Shown: one piece after another, positions 23,973 to 33,268 of the stretch
How positions within the stretch are numbered: position 1 is the stretch's first letter
Layout of the letters: every line of letters begins with the position of its first letter
From: Bacilli bacterium
GTDB taxonomy: Bacteria > Bacillota_I > Bacilli_A > RFN20 > UBA1709
Direction: 5' to 3'
Assembly: GCA_050949315.1 (NCBI GenBank)
Contig: JBMNFL010000001.1
Coordinates: forward strand, 96,001-160,000
DNA: 64,000 nt
Made by a program: the position numbers and the translations under genes
The notes under the pieces: generated by a model
What the model saw: only the letters and a program-made list of their open reading frames with translations
The model's database searches: none
What the model was told of the DNA's origin: nothing

Positions 23973-25745
23973 ATGATCAATAAGAGAATTCAGAGTTTAC
24001 AAAAAGAATTAGTAGCCAAGAACATTGGTGTTTACATCATTCCTACGGCGGATTATCACGGCTCAGAGTATATCAGCGACTTTTTTAAGGTTCGCCAGTA
24101 TATGAGTGGTTTTACTGGTTCAGCTGGGACTTTGCTTGTGACCAAAACAAAAGCCTATCTGTTTGCGGATGGCCGTTATTTCTTACAAGCGGAAGCCGAA
24201 CTTAAAGGCAGTAACATTGAGTTGATTAAAATGGGTCTAGCGGGAATGCCGACCTTAAGTGAATTGATTCAAAAAGAGTTAGGTGAGGGGGAAAACATTG
24301 GCTTTGATGCCGCTTTGATTTCCACTAGGCAAGCTAGGGAACTAGAAAAAATTGCCAAAGCCAAAGCAGGTCGAGTGGTATCAGAAGATCTTGTCGCTAA
24401 AATTTGGCAAGACCGTCCCAGTTTACCTAAAGGAAAACTTTGGATCTTAGAAAAGCAATATAGTGGTGAAAGCACGAAGAGTAAAATTAAAAGACTGCGG
24501 AGCAAAATGCGCGAAAAGCATTGTAGTAACCACATTATTTCTTCTTTGTGTGATATCGCGTGGCTTTTGAATCTACGGGGTAGTGATGTTGAGTGTACAC
24601 CAGTCTTTTTAGCTTACTTAGTTTTGATGGGCCGTCACTGCACGCTTTTTGTTGATCGCACAAAACTCACCATTGAGGTCAAAAGATATCTTGCCGAAAA
24701 CGGAGTAGAAGTTGAAGACTACACCAGCGCCCAAGATTATTGTTCGCAGTTAAGAGGCACAACTCTAATTGATCCCAACAATCTCAATTATGCCATTTAC
24801 CGCGTTCTTACTTGTAAAAAGGTGGAAGCCCAATATCCCAGTGTCTTAATGCGGGCTATTAAAAACAAAACCGAAATCAAGAATATTAAAGAGGCCCATA
24901 TTAAAGATGCCGTGGCCATGTGTAAATTTATGTATTGGTTGAAGACCAACATCGGTAAGCAAGAAATGAGCGAACTCAGCGTTCAAGATTATCTTTACCA
25001 ACTGCGGGCCGAGCAAAAGGATTATGTTGGTCCTTCTTTTGGCACCATTTGTGCCTATAAAGAACATGCAGCTTTGATGCATTATAGTTCAAGTGAGAAG
25101 ACAAATGTCGCTTTGAAGCCCGAAGGTTTATTATTAATTGATTCTGGTGGTCACTATTTACAAGGTACCACCGACATAACAAGAACCTTTGCTTTAGGTA
25201 AACTCAGTGCTGAAGAAAAGATGCATTTTACCACAGTTGTAGAAGCGGTTATTAATCTAGCATCGACCCAGTTTTTAAAGGGTTGCCGAGGGATTAATCT
25301 CGATGTTCTCTGTCGTGAACCTTTTTGGAAGTTAGGTATGGATTATAAATGCGGAACTGGCCATGGTGTGGGCTATCTTCTAAGTGTTCACGAAGGACCA
25401 CAGAGTTTTAGGTGGCAACCAATACCGGGCATAGAGTCGGCAGTTTTAGAGCCAGGTATGGTCACAACCGATGAACCAGGAATTTATCTAGGCGGGAAAT
25501 ATGGTATTAGGATTGAAAACGAATTGCTCTGTAAAGAAATTCTAACCAATGCCGATGGAACCTTCTTAGGCTTTGAAGATATAACCTATGTCCCAATTGA
25601 TTTAGATGCCATTGATAAAACTTATCTTTCAGCACCTAACATCGCTTATTTAAATAATTACCATAAGCAGGTATATCGTTTAATCTCGCCGTATCTGAAT
25701 GAAGAAGAAAAGAAGTTTTTAAAGACTTATACAAGAGCTATTTAA
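23973..25745 (+). CDS. Xaa-Pro aminopeptidase (M24B)
   Basis: SGFTGSAG, DGRYFLQA, DSGGHY.QGTTDITRT, GHGVG..L.VHEGP, EPGIY, GIRIEN. Confidence 0.93.
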   Translation: MINKRIQSLQKELVAKNIGVYIIPTADYHGSEYISDFFKVRQYMSGFTGSAGTLLVTKTKAYLFADGRYFLQAEAELKGSNIELIKMGLAGMPTLSELIQKELGEGENIGFDAALISTRQARELEKIAKAKAGRVVSEDLVAKIWQDRPSLPKGKLWILEKQYSGESTKSKIKRLRSKMREKHCSNHIISSLCDIAWLLNLRGSDVECTPVFLAYLVLMGRHCTLFVDRTKLTIEVKRYLAENGVEVEDYTSAQDYCSQLRGTTLIDPNNLNYAIYRVLTCKKVEAQYPSVLMRAIKNKTEIKNIKEAHIKDAVAMCKFMYWLKTNIGKQEMSELSVQDYLYQLRAEQKDYVGPSFGTICAYKEHAALMHYSSSEKTNVALKPEGLLLIDSGGHYLQGTTDITRTFALGKLSAEEKMHFTTVVEAVINLASTQFLKGCRGINLDVLCREPFWKLGMDYKCGTGHGVGYLLSVHEGPQSFRWQPIPGIESAVLEPGMVTTDEPGIYLGGKYGIRIENELLCKEILTNADGTFLGFEDITYVPIDLDAIDKTYLSAPNIAYLNNYHKQVYRLISPYLNEEEKKFLKTYTRAI

Positions 25746-25756
25746 AAAAGCAAAAT

Positions 25757-25789
25757 AAAAAGAGAGGCTTTCTACTAGACCTCTCTTTT
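25757..25789. terminator. Bidirectional terminator
   Basis: AAAAAGAGAGG-loop-CCTCTCTTTT between convergent genes. Confidence 0.75.
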
Positions 25790-25810
25790 ATTATCAAAAC
25801 TTTATAAATT

Positions 25811-26191
25811 TTAGAAAAGATAAAGACTAATTAAGGCACTTGCGGTGCTACTAGTATTCGCAGTATTATCTTTAGGATTGATAACGCTAAAGGTGGCAAC
25901 GCCTAAAACGATGATTGCTAATATTATGATTAAAGAAATAAAACGTAAAACTTTATTGAAACCTTTAAAACCGAGGCCCAAGAAAATAAGTGTGAAAAGC
26001 CCACCAATGGCTTCAAAGATAAAGCCCAGAGCTGTGGCTGTCCCACCAACTATTAAGCCAATGATGCATTCACCTAGATTTTCCGCACTAATGGTGAACT
26101 CAACTGTTGAAAAAAGCAAGACTGCACCAAACACAGTTAAGGCTGTGCTTAGACAACCGAGTAAAAATAAAACAATAAAGCCTTTTCTCAT
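25811..26191 (-). CDS. Hypothetical small membrane protein (about 3 TM)
   Basis: Hydrophobic 126 aa ORF starting 3 nt after the recA stop and ending at the terminator. Confidence 0.7.
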   Translation of the reverse strand: MRKGFIVLFLLGCLSTALTVFGAVLLFSTVEFTISAENLGECIIGLIVGGTATALGFIFEAIGGLFTLIFLGLGFKGFNKVLRFISLIIILAIIVLGVATFSVINPKDNTANTSSTASALISLYLF

Positions 26192-26194
26192 AGG

Positions 26195-27211
26195 TTATTT
26201 TTCCTTGTTGAAGATTTTTTGACGAACACTTTGTTCCAAAACCTCAAAGATTTCGGGGTGCTCACTAAAATAGGCTTTGACATTATCAATGCCTTGTCCA
26301 ATTCGCGAACCATCATAATCATACCAAGAACCGGCTTTCGTGATTATACCGTGTTCTACTGCTAGGTCAATTACGTTATGCATTTGCGAAATGCCTTCTC
26401 CGTAAATCAAAACAACGTTAGCGACCTTAAAGGGTGGCGCCACTTTGTTTTTGACTATTTTTAATTGAAGGCGATGTCCGTAGGGAATGGCATTCTTTTT
26501 CAAGGTCTCTGTCCGTCGCACATCAACCCTTATTGAAGAGTAGAATTTTAAAGCGCGACCCCCTGAGGTTGTCTCCCCACCTGCCGGTCCAAAGCCTAAA
26601 GACATCTTATCTCTTAATTGGTTGATAAAGATGATAGAACATTTTGAGCGACTGAGATTGCCGGTTATTTTTCTAAGAGCCTTAGACATCAGTCGCGCCT
26701 GCAAGCCCATCTGGGCATCGCCCATTTCTCCTTCTAGTTCGGCTTGAGGTACTAAAGCAGCAACCGAATCAACGACAATTAGATCGATGGCGTTGCTGCG
26801 GATTAATAAATCAGCGATTTGTAAAGCTTCTTCGCCATTATCGGGTTGTGAGAGAATCAGTTCATCGACAATGACGCCTAAATTTTTAGCATAGGCAGGA
26901 TCAATGGCATGTTCGGCATCGATGTAGGCTACCTTACCACCAGCTTTTTGACAGGCAGCGACCGCGTGTAAAGCAACAGTGGTTTTACCGCTAGCTTCAG
27001 GGCCAAAAATCTCAATAACGCGGCCTTTTGGGTATCCGCCAATGCCTAGGGCATAGTCAAGTGATAAACAGCCCGAGGGTAGGACATCAACACTTAGGTT
27101 GGCTTGTTCTCCAAGACGCATGACGGAGCCTTTACCGAATTGCTTTTGAATGACGCGTAAAGTCTCATCTAGAGTTTCATTCACATTAGTTTTTTTCTTT
27201 TCTTCGGCCAT
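26195..27211 (-). CDS. recA: Recombinase RecA
   Basis: [50 protein letters not shown]. Confidence 0.99.
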   Translation of the reverse strand: MAEEKKKTNVNETLDETLRVIQKQFGKGSVMRLGEQANLSVDVLPSGCLSLDYALGIGGYPKGRVIEIFGPEASGKTTVALHAVAACQKAGGKVAYIDAEHAIDPAYAKNLGVIVDELILSQPDNGEEALQIADLLIRSNAIDLIVVDSVAALVPQAELEGEMGDAQMGLQARLMSKALRKITGNLSRSKCSIIFINQLRDKMSLGFGPAGGETTSGGRALKFYSSIRVDVRRTETLKKNAIPYGHRLQLKIVKNKVAPPFKVANVVLIYGEGISQMHNVIDLAVEHGIITKAGSWYDYDGSRIGQGIDNVKAYFSEHPEIFEVLEQSVRQKIFNKEK

Positions 27212-27263
27212 TTAGTTCTTCCTTTCTAGTGTGATAGTGACACTTATATATAACATAGGTAAA

Positions 27264-27725
27264 TTAACTTAAAGTTCCTAAATAATTTTCAAGTTTTTTT
27301 AAAGCGATTTGAATAGCTTGTTTTTTAATTTGTTGGCGTGTGCCTTTTAATTCCAAGCGTTCTACTTCTACCTGCTTATCGGTTGCTAGGCCAATATAGA
27401 CAAGTCCTACGGCTTTTCCTTCAATGGAAGAGGGGCCAGCGTTGCCTGTAAAACTAAGGGCTAAATCACTATGCATAAGCAAACGACAATTAATAGCCAT
27501 CTTTCTAGCACATTCTTCGGAAACGGTTCCAAACTTCTCAATAATCTTAGTAGGGACCTGTAAGATTTTTTCCTTAACTAAGGGGCTATAGCTAACGATG
27601 CCACCCATAAAAACTTCGCTAGCATGGGGGATATTAGTAATAAAATTACTAAAGCCACCACCAGTAAAGCTTTCGGCTACCGCTAATGTCAGACCTTTTT
27701 TACGCAACAACTGAACAATATTCAT
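27264..27725 (-). CDS. cinA: CinA C-terminal domain protein (NMN deamidase, PncC-like)
   Basis: LAVAESFTGG, GTVSEECA..MA, TGNAGP, VGLVYIG; lacks the MocF domain. Confidence 0.88.
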   Translation of the reverse strand: MNIVQLLRKKGLTLAVAESFTGGGFSNFITNIPHASEVFMGGIVSYSPLVKEKILQVPTKIIEKFGTVSEECARKMAINCRLLMHSDLALSFTGNAGPSSIEGKAVGLVYIGLATDKQVEVERLELKGTRQQIKKQAIQIALKKLENYLGTLS

Positions 27726-28339
27726 TATTTTTCATTGGCTCCTTCAAAGACCATTTTAGCGTTTTTAACTAGATAATCAATACCAGAGATCAAAGAGATT
27801 AAAGCCGAGATATAGGCTAGGATTTGACCGATAGAAATGCTCCAATTTAATGGGGCAGCTTGGAAAATAAGAACCACGATTAAGGCAATCATCTGCGAGA
27901 TGGTCTTAGCCTTACCGAGTTTAGAGGCGGCGATAACCACTTTCTTCTGAGCGGCAATAAAACGAATGGCATCAACGATGGTATCGCGCATGATATAGAT
28001 GACGATGACGATAACATTTATCTCCCCCATAACTACTAGGAATAGAGTTAGGGTGTTAACTAATAGTTTATCGGCGATGGGATCAAGAAATTTTCCAAAA
28101 GTGGTAATTAAATTGCGACTGCGAGCAATCTTGCCATCAAAATAATCGGTTAGCGAACCGAAGACAAATAAAAAAATTAAGACGAGGCGAATCCAAGTAA
28201 AGTTTAAACCGGCGATATTAAAAGACCAGGGATCTGGTATGTATAAAGCTAACATTCCAAAAACAATCAGTAGGAGCACACAAAACATGCGAATTACTGT
28301 AAGCTTATTGGGGGTGTTAAGTTTGGTGAACCAACTCAT
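27725..28339 (-). CDS. pgsA: CDP-diacylglycerol--glycerol-3-phosphate 3-phosphatidyltransferase
   Basis: PNKLT..R, TDYFDGKIAR...ITTFGKFLDPIADK; start moved to 28339 because the upstream extension overlaps rnpB. Confidence 0.95.
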   Translation of the reverse strand: MSWFTKLNTPNKLTVIRMFCVLLLIVFGMLALYIPDPWSFNIAGLNFTWIRLVLIFLFVFGSLTDYFDGKIARSRNLITTFGKFLDPIADKLLVNTLTLFLVVMGEINVIVIVIYIMRDTIVDAIRFIAAQKKVVIAASKLGKAKTISQMIALIVVLIFQAAPLNWSISIGQILAYISALISLISGIDYLVKNAKMVFEGANEK

Positions 28340-28363
28340 AGTTTTTGCCTTTCCAAAGTGAGT

Positions 28364-28700
28364 GTCAATTCTGTAAGCCATGTTCTGTATTAAGCAACCA
28401 TTTATCTATGCTTAAGCATCCCCTCAAAGATTCATTTCTCTTATCGGAGTTCCTCTACCAAATTTGAGTTTCTCGCTTGTGGGGTTTACCGCGTTCCATT
28501 CCAACTTTTTCAAGAAGGACTGCGTCACTGTGGCACTTTTATAGGCGCCGACCATATCCGAAGACTTAGGTTTTTGCCAGCCGTTAGATGCTCCCATCTA
28601 CCCCGATTTATTTTTTCATCGGGCACAAACACTACCACCATCGCAGGTGGTGCGAGCATGGACTTTCCTCTACCTTGCGGCAGCGGTTGCTAAAATTGAC
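28364..28700 (-). ncRNA. rnpB: RNase P RNA, bacterial type B
   Basis: Reverse complement contains GAGGAAAGTCCATGCTCGCAC, AAAGTGCCACAGTGAC, GGAACGCGGTAAACCCC, ACAGAACATGGCTTAC; P1 formed by GTCAATT/AATTGAC ends. Confidence 0.96.
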
Positions 28701-28814
28701 CGTATATATTATCGCAAATATGTTATAAAAAAGCAATCTTTATACAATAATTATTCAAACATAAATTTGAATAAAGGTGGACTTGTGCTATAATGACAAA
28801 AAGGAGAAATTGCT

Positions 28815-29393
28815 ATGATCAAGTACCCTAATGGAACGCGAAAAACTCGACCAAAGACCACCCCAAAATCTATGGTTAATTACGCAGATCGCGGAATGAA
28901 TTTTGAAAGTGAAATCGATCAGAGCAATGAGTATTATCGTAAGGTAAACCGCGCTCTAATTTATAAGAAGCCAACGCCTATCAAGGTTGTAAAAGCCTCT
29001 AAAAATGAAACTGGTTCTTACCAGATAAATGAGGCCTATTTTATGCAGCCGAGCACCACCGATTATAATGGAATATATCGTGAAAAATATATTGATTTTG
29101 AGGCAAAAGAAACCAAAAATAGCAATTTGTTTCCTTTATCTAATATTCATAAGCACCAATTAGAGCATCTTTTTGCTGTCCAAAGACATGGTGGCATCGC
29201 CTTTATCTTGGTGCGTTTTGTCAAGCATAATGAAGTTTACTTATTAGATGCCAGTTTTTTAGAAAGTGCCATCAGTCAAAATCTAAAATCGCTGCGCTAT
29301 GAGTTTTTTAAAGAAAAAGCGCTTTTGGTTCCTTTTGGTTATCAAGTTCCCATTGATTATTTACGGGTTGTTGATGACTATTATTTCCAATAA
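28815..29393 (+). CDS. recU: Holliday junction resolvase RecU
   Basis: YADRGMNFE, KKPTPI, STTDYNGIY..KYIDFEAKET, HQLEHL. Confidence 0.97.
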   Translation: MIKYPNGTRKTRPKTTPKSMVNYADRGMNFESEIDQSNEYYRKVNRALIYKKPTPIKVVKASKNETGSYQINEAYFMQPSTTDYNGIYREKYIDFEAKETKNSNLFPLSNIHKHQLEHLFAVQRHGGIAFILVRFVKHNEVYLLDASFLESAISQNLKSLRYEFFKEKALLVPFGYQVPIDYLRVVDDYYFQ

Positions 29394-29472
29394 TAAAAAC
29401 AATTTAAAGGGGTTGACAAACAAAAAAAACAGGAGCATAGTAGGGGTATAAAGAGATGGGGGGAATAATAAA

Positions 29473-30066
29473 ATGAAATATTGTACCAAGTGCAGTCATC
29501 TTTTAAATGATGAAGATCAAGTTTGTTCAAAATGTGGTGAGCAGCAAATTATTCCTAAGCCAGAAAATGAAGAAACAAAGCATTGCACTAAGTGTGGAAC
29601 CGTTGTTTCTCTTTCAACCGCCTTTTGTCCTAAATGCGGTTTTCCAGTGGGGTCCAAATACATAAAAACAACAACTACTGAAAAGGTCTATAAGGGATGG
29701 TGTGGTATTGCATCCATTGTTTTTGGCTTGCTAGCTTTGGCGGCTCTAATTCTTTCTTTAGTCAGATGGGAAAGCGAAAGTGCTTGGGCCGCAGTTGTTT
29801 CAGCGGTGCTAGGTTTGGCATTCTTTTTCTATGGTCGGTTATATTCTCGACAATTGGCCTATGGTAAATTTCAAAAATTATGGGAAGAAAGAAGTCCGTT
29901 TCAGGGGGAATATGTTACCAATCCTAATAAAGTTGATACTTTAACAGATGAACAATTCAAGTTTAAAAACGATTACTCAACAAAGCCTTTGAAAATCGGC
30001 GCTTTTTTGAACACAATCATTGTCTCCGTCGCCCTTGTGATGGCAGTTATTATGAAATTAAGTTAG
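29473..30066 (+). CDS. Double zinc-ribbon membrane protein
   Basis: Four CxxC motifs (CTKC, CSKCG, CTKCG, FCPKCG) followed by 3 TM segments; own TTGACA promoter upstream. Confidence 0.8.
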   Translation: MKYCTKCSHLLNDEDQVCSKCGEQQIIPKPENEETKHCTKCGTVVSLSTAFCPKCGFPVGSKYIKTTTTEKVYKGWCGIASIVFGLLALAALILSLVRWESESAWAAVVSAVLGLAFFFYGRLYSRQLAYGKFQKLWEERSPFQGEYVTNPNKVDTLTDEQFKFKNDYSTKPLKIGAFLNTIIVSVALVMAVIMKLS

Positions 30067-30689
30067 TTCTTAGTAAAATATTTACAATCGTCTTGAAGTT
30101 TACATGCCTGGCAGTTAGGATTTCTTGCCTTGCAAAAATAACGTCCAAAATGAATGAGTTGGTGGTGGATTTTACCCCAACTCTTTTTGTTGAACAGTTT
30201 TTTAAGTTTTTGTTCAATTATCAAAATACTATCATTTTCTTGGACTAGATTTAGACGTTTAGAAACTCTAGCTACATGAGTGTCCACAGGAAAGGCTGGT
30301 AGTTTAAACCCTTCGACTAGGACCACCGAGGCAGTTTTACGGCCAACACCGGGAAGTTTAGTTAACTCTTCTAAAGAATTGGGAACGACATTATCATAGT
30401 TGTTTGTTAAGACCTTAGCGGTGGCGATGATGTTTTTAGTTTTGTTTTTATAAAGACCAATTGGCTTAATTATTTGTTCAACTTCTTCTTGTTTAGCCAT
30501 GGCTAATAGTTCAGGACTTGGATATTTCTCAAAGAGTTCTTTTGTGACTTTGTTGACGGCGATATCAGTGGTTTGCGCCGATAAAATAACGGCGATTAAT
30601 AACTCAAAAAGGCTGTGATAGTTTAATTCACAGCGCGCATTAGGGTAGAGTTCATCAAGATAATTGCTTATTTTTTCTTTATTTGCCAT
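30063..30689 (-). CDS. nth: Endonuclease III
   Basis: LSAQTTD, LPGVGRKTA, VDTHV, C-x6-C-x2-C-x5-C Fe-S motif. Confidence 0.97.
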   Translation of the reverse strand: MANKEKISNYLDELYPNARCELNYHSLFELLIAVILSAQTTDIAVNKVTKELFEKYPSPELLAMAKQEEVEQIIKPIGLYKNKTKNIIATAKVLTNNYDNVVPNSLEELTKLPGVGRKTASVVLVEGFKLPAFPVDTHVARVSKRLNLVQENDSILIIEQKLKKLFNKKSWGKIHHQLIHFGRYFCKARNPNCQACKLQDDCKYFTKN

Positions 30690-31326
30690 GCTTGTCAACC
30701 CAATCAAGATTGGCTATTTTTATGGATTCTTCCATATCTTTGCGCCAATCTTCCGAAATGGTCGTGTAGCCTTCTTTACGCCTTTCTTCCTGCTGTTGCC
30801 AGTTTAAAAGAATGCGATCGATATAACGAAAGTTCTTAACCTTAGCGGCCACGGCTTCTTTAAGCGCTAAGACAATTTTATCTTCACCATAACCGAGTTC
30901 AAACCAACTTTTTAATGTTTCAATTTCCGTGTAGGTTAGGGGACGACCAAACTCGTTTTCAAAGATGCTATAGATATGTTGAGTGTCGGGTTTGGACTTT
31001 TCATCTTTTTGACCTTGTTTAAGAAACTCGGCTACAAGTAACTGTTTGATACCTCTTAGAGAAGTACAGAGTTTGCCGTTTTCTTCTTCTACGAAAATCA
31101 GACTTTTATTGACTAATTGTGTTAGTATTTCACTGATTTTTTTATAATCTAAATTCATTTTTAAGGCCAGTAATTCCGGACTTATGAGGTTTTCACCTTG
31201 CTCAATGCAATAATCGGCAACCAAAAGAACCATAACTTCATCTTCACTTAAAGTCAGGCTTTTATAAGTAGAAATTAGAACGCTTTTCCAATCGATTTGT
31301 TTAGCTAATTTGTCATAATTGTTCAT
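30679..31326 (-). CDS. dnaD: DnaD domain primosomal protein
   Basis: FENEFGRPL, ALKEAV, RYIDRILLNW; upstream of nth. Confidence 0.9.
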   Translation of the reverse strand: MNNYDKLAKQIDWKSVLISTYKSLTLSEDEVMVLLVADYCIEQGENLISPELLALKMNLDYKKISEILTQLVNKSLIFVEEENGKLCTSLRGIKQLLVAEFLKQGQKDEKSKPDTQHIYSIFENEFGRPLTYTEIETLKSWFELGYGEDKIVLALKEAVAAKVKNFRYIDRILLNWQQQEERRKEGYTTISEDWRKDMEESIKIANLDWVDKHGK

Positions 31327-31409
31327 AAGAAATACCTCAAGCATCACAATAGCATAATTTTTATATATTTGCAAAAAAATCTGCCCTAAAAGACAGATTG
31401 ATTTTAAAG

Positions 31410-31486
31410 TGGTGCGCCCGACACGAATCGAACGTGCGGCCCCAACCTTCGGAGGGTTGTGCTCTAATCCCCTGAGCTACGGGCGC
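31410..31486 (-). tRNA. tRNA-Arg(CCG)
   Basis: Reverse complement GCGCCCG TAGCTCAG...CAACC-CT-CCG-AA-GGTTG...GTTCGATTC...CGGGCGC ACCA. Confidence 0.95.
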
Positions 31487-31556
31487 GCTTTAGTTGCGAT
31501 ATAAGTATAATCCAAATGGGCAGGGAATTAAAGATTTTTTATTTTACAGCGCAGGT

Positions 31557-32846
31557 TTAATCTTTTAAAGAAGTGATAGGAATAATATAAACACCATCAG
31601 TGTTTTTATATGCCATATTTCCAACACCATATATCACGCATTTTATTAGTGGTTCTTTGCCGCCACTATTAACGATGCTTTCACAAATTTTTATCAAGTT
31701 TTCAGCACCTTCTTCGGCCTTATCAAGACCCAGTTTTATTTCAAACGCACACCAATTGCCATCATCTAATTCTAAAACAGCATCAATTTCATTGCCTCGA
31801 TAATCTTGATAATGAAATAGTTTTGCATTCATAGCCTGGGCATATATTGATAGATCTCTTTCCACTAGTGCTTCAAACATGAAACCAAAGGTGTTTAAAT
31901 CACCCATCATTTTTTTAGGCGTTAACTTTAACATTGCACAGGCCATTGCTGGATCAGAAAAATGCCTTTTTTCCATTTGTTTAACTCTTAAGGATGATCT
32001 TATGTTAAGCGAAAATGGTTCTTGATTATTAAACAAAAACATTCTATCAAAGGCGTTCAAATATTTGGTTAAGGTGTTTTTGCTAATTGAATCGGCATCG
32101 TTTTCTATAATATCTCTTAAAATGCTCTGATTAGATGCTGTTGTTGTTTCGTTTCTAGCTAATGATTTGAGAATTAATTTTGCTTTATGTTCGTTATAAT
32201 CTATGTCTTTGTCCAATTTTTTTAGGTCGGTTTTTGCTATATTTTCCATATAACTAATGGCAAGTTCACCACAGTCATCTTCAAGAGCATCAATATTTCC
32301 GGGCCAACCACCGCGAATTATTAAGTATGCTAATCTTTCAAGTTTTGTTTCTTCTAGAAGTTTTGATTCAAATTTGTTTTCACATAAATCCTTTAAAGAT
32401 ATTAGGCCAGTAGAATCACCTGATTCATATAAAGACATCGTGTTCATTCTGATGCTTTTAATTCTTCCTGTACCACTATGCAAAATGCCCTTATCTACAG
32501 GAGTTGATGAGCCAGTTAAAATAATTTGTCCCTTTTCGCCACTTTTATCTACGAAAGACCTTACGGCATCCCATAGTGCTGGCACTTCCTGCCATTCATC
32601 AATTAAGCGTGGCTTGTTGCCTTGGAGTACTGTATAAGGCTCGGTTTCAGCTAACAATCTATTAGAAAAGTTACCCGAGGGATCACCAACAAGAAATTCA
32701 CTATTGGCATGATATGAAGAGGTCCATGTTTTCCCACACCATTTAGGTCCCTCAATGCAAATCGCTCCAAATATTCTTAAGTTTTTCTTAACTAAGGAAT
32801 CAACTATCCTTGATTTGTATTTTGATTTGTTAACCACTTTTTTCAT
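31557..32846 (-). CDS. AAA_14 + DUF4143 ATP-binding protein
   Basis: GPKWCGKT, LIDEWQ, LTGSS, RGGWP, FSDPA, C-terminal EIDAV...AFEIK PD-(D/E)xK-like motif; GAGGTG RBS before ATG 32846. Confidence 0.9.
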   Translation of the reverse strand: MKKVVNKSKYKSRIVDSLVKKNLRIFGAICIEGPKWCGKTWTSSYHANSEFLVGDPSGNFSNRLLAETEPYTVLQGNKPRLIDEWQEVPALWDAVRSFVDKSGEKGQIILTGSSTPVDKGILHSGTGRIKSIRMNTMSLYESGDSTGLISLKDLCENKFESKLLEETKLERLAYLIIRGGWPGNIDALEDDCGELAISYMENIAKTDLKKLDKDIDYNEHKAKLILKSLARNETTTASNQSILRDIIENDADSISKNTLTKYLNAFDRMFLFNNQEPFSLNIRSSLRVKQMEKRHFSDPAMACAMLKLTPKKMMGDLNTFGFMFEALVERDLSIYAQAMNAKLFHYQDYRGNEIDAVLELDDGNWCAFEIKLGLDKAEEGAENLIKICESIVNSGGKEPLIKCVIYGVGNMAYKNTDGVYIIPITSLKD

Positions 32847-32905
32847 AGTATTCACCTCATCGCAAGCTGATAGTAGTATAGCATAAAGATAAACATTAAT
32901 CAACC

Positions 32906-32968
32906 AAACTGACCAACATTTCGGGTTAAAACTGACCAACATTTCAGACTAAAACTGACCAACATTTC
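32906..32968. repeat. Three direct repeats AAACTGACCAACATTTC with 23-bp period
   Basis: Identical 17-mers at 32906, 32929 and 32952; degenerate AAAATCGACCAAT at 32981. Confidence 0.95.
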
Positions 32969-33074
32969 ATAAAACAGGAGAAAATCGACCAATTTGTGAT
33001 AGTAATAAAATGAACAAAAATGTCTTTTTATATTAAAAAGTTCTGACATATTATCAGAATTCTACTTTATTAAG

Positions 33075-33151
33075 TGGCGTCGCCGAGCAGATTCGAACTG
33101 CTGACCTTCCGCTTAGGAGGCGGACGCTCTATCCAGCTGAGCTACGGCGAC
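33075..33151 (-). tRNA. tRNA-Arg(CCT)
   Basis: Reverse complement GTCGCCG TAGCTCAGCTGGATAGAGC..TCCGC-CT-CCT-AA-GCGGA...GTTCGAATC...CGGCGAC GCCA. Confidence 0.95.
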
Positions 33152-33268
33152 ATCCGCTCAAAAATATAGCATGTAATCAGTAAAAAATCAATTGTTTAAA
33201 ATAAGGGGTCTGAGTCTTTATTTTCTTAAAAATTAATGCTACAATGGAATGGATTTGGAGGAAGTGCT

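Noticed and set aside
25845-26222. 125 aa plus-strand ORF
   Set aside because: Antisense shadow of the membrane gene downstream of recA
27212-27280. Possible LexA box upstream of recA (TAACTTAAAGTTC)
   Set aside because: Does not fit GAAC-N4-GTTC in spacing or left arm
28340-28381. N-terminal extension of PgsA in the ORF track
   Set aside because: Overlaps the 3' end of rnpB; the real start is more likely 28339
32222-32234. Inverted partial copy (10/13) of the DUF4143 upstream repeat inside the gene
   Set aside because: Single, short and AT-rich; compatible with chance, unlike the three-unit match in the AlbA_2 gene
32906-32968. Repeat array read as a mini-CRISPR
   Set aside because: Linkers of only 6 nt, non-palindromic 17-nt repeat, no cas genes
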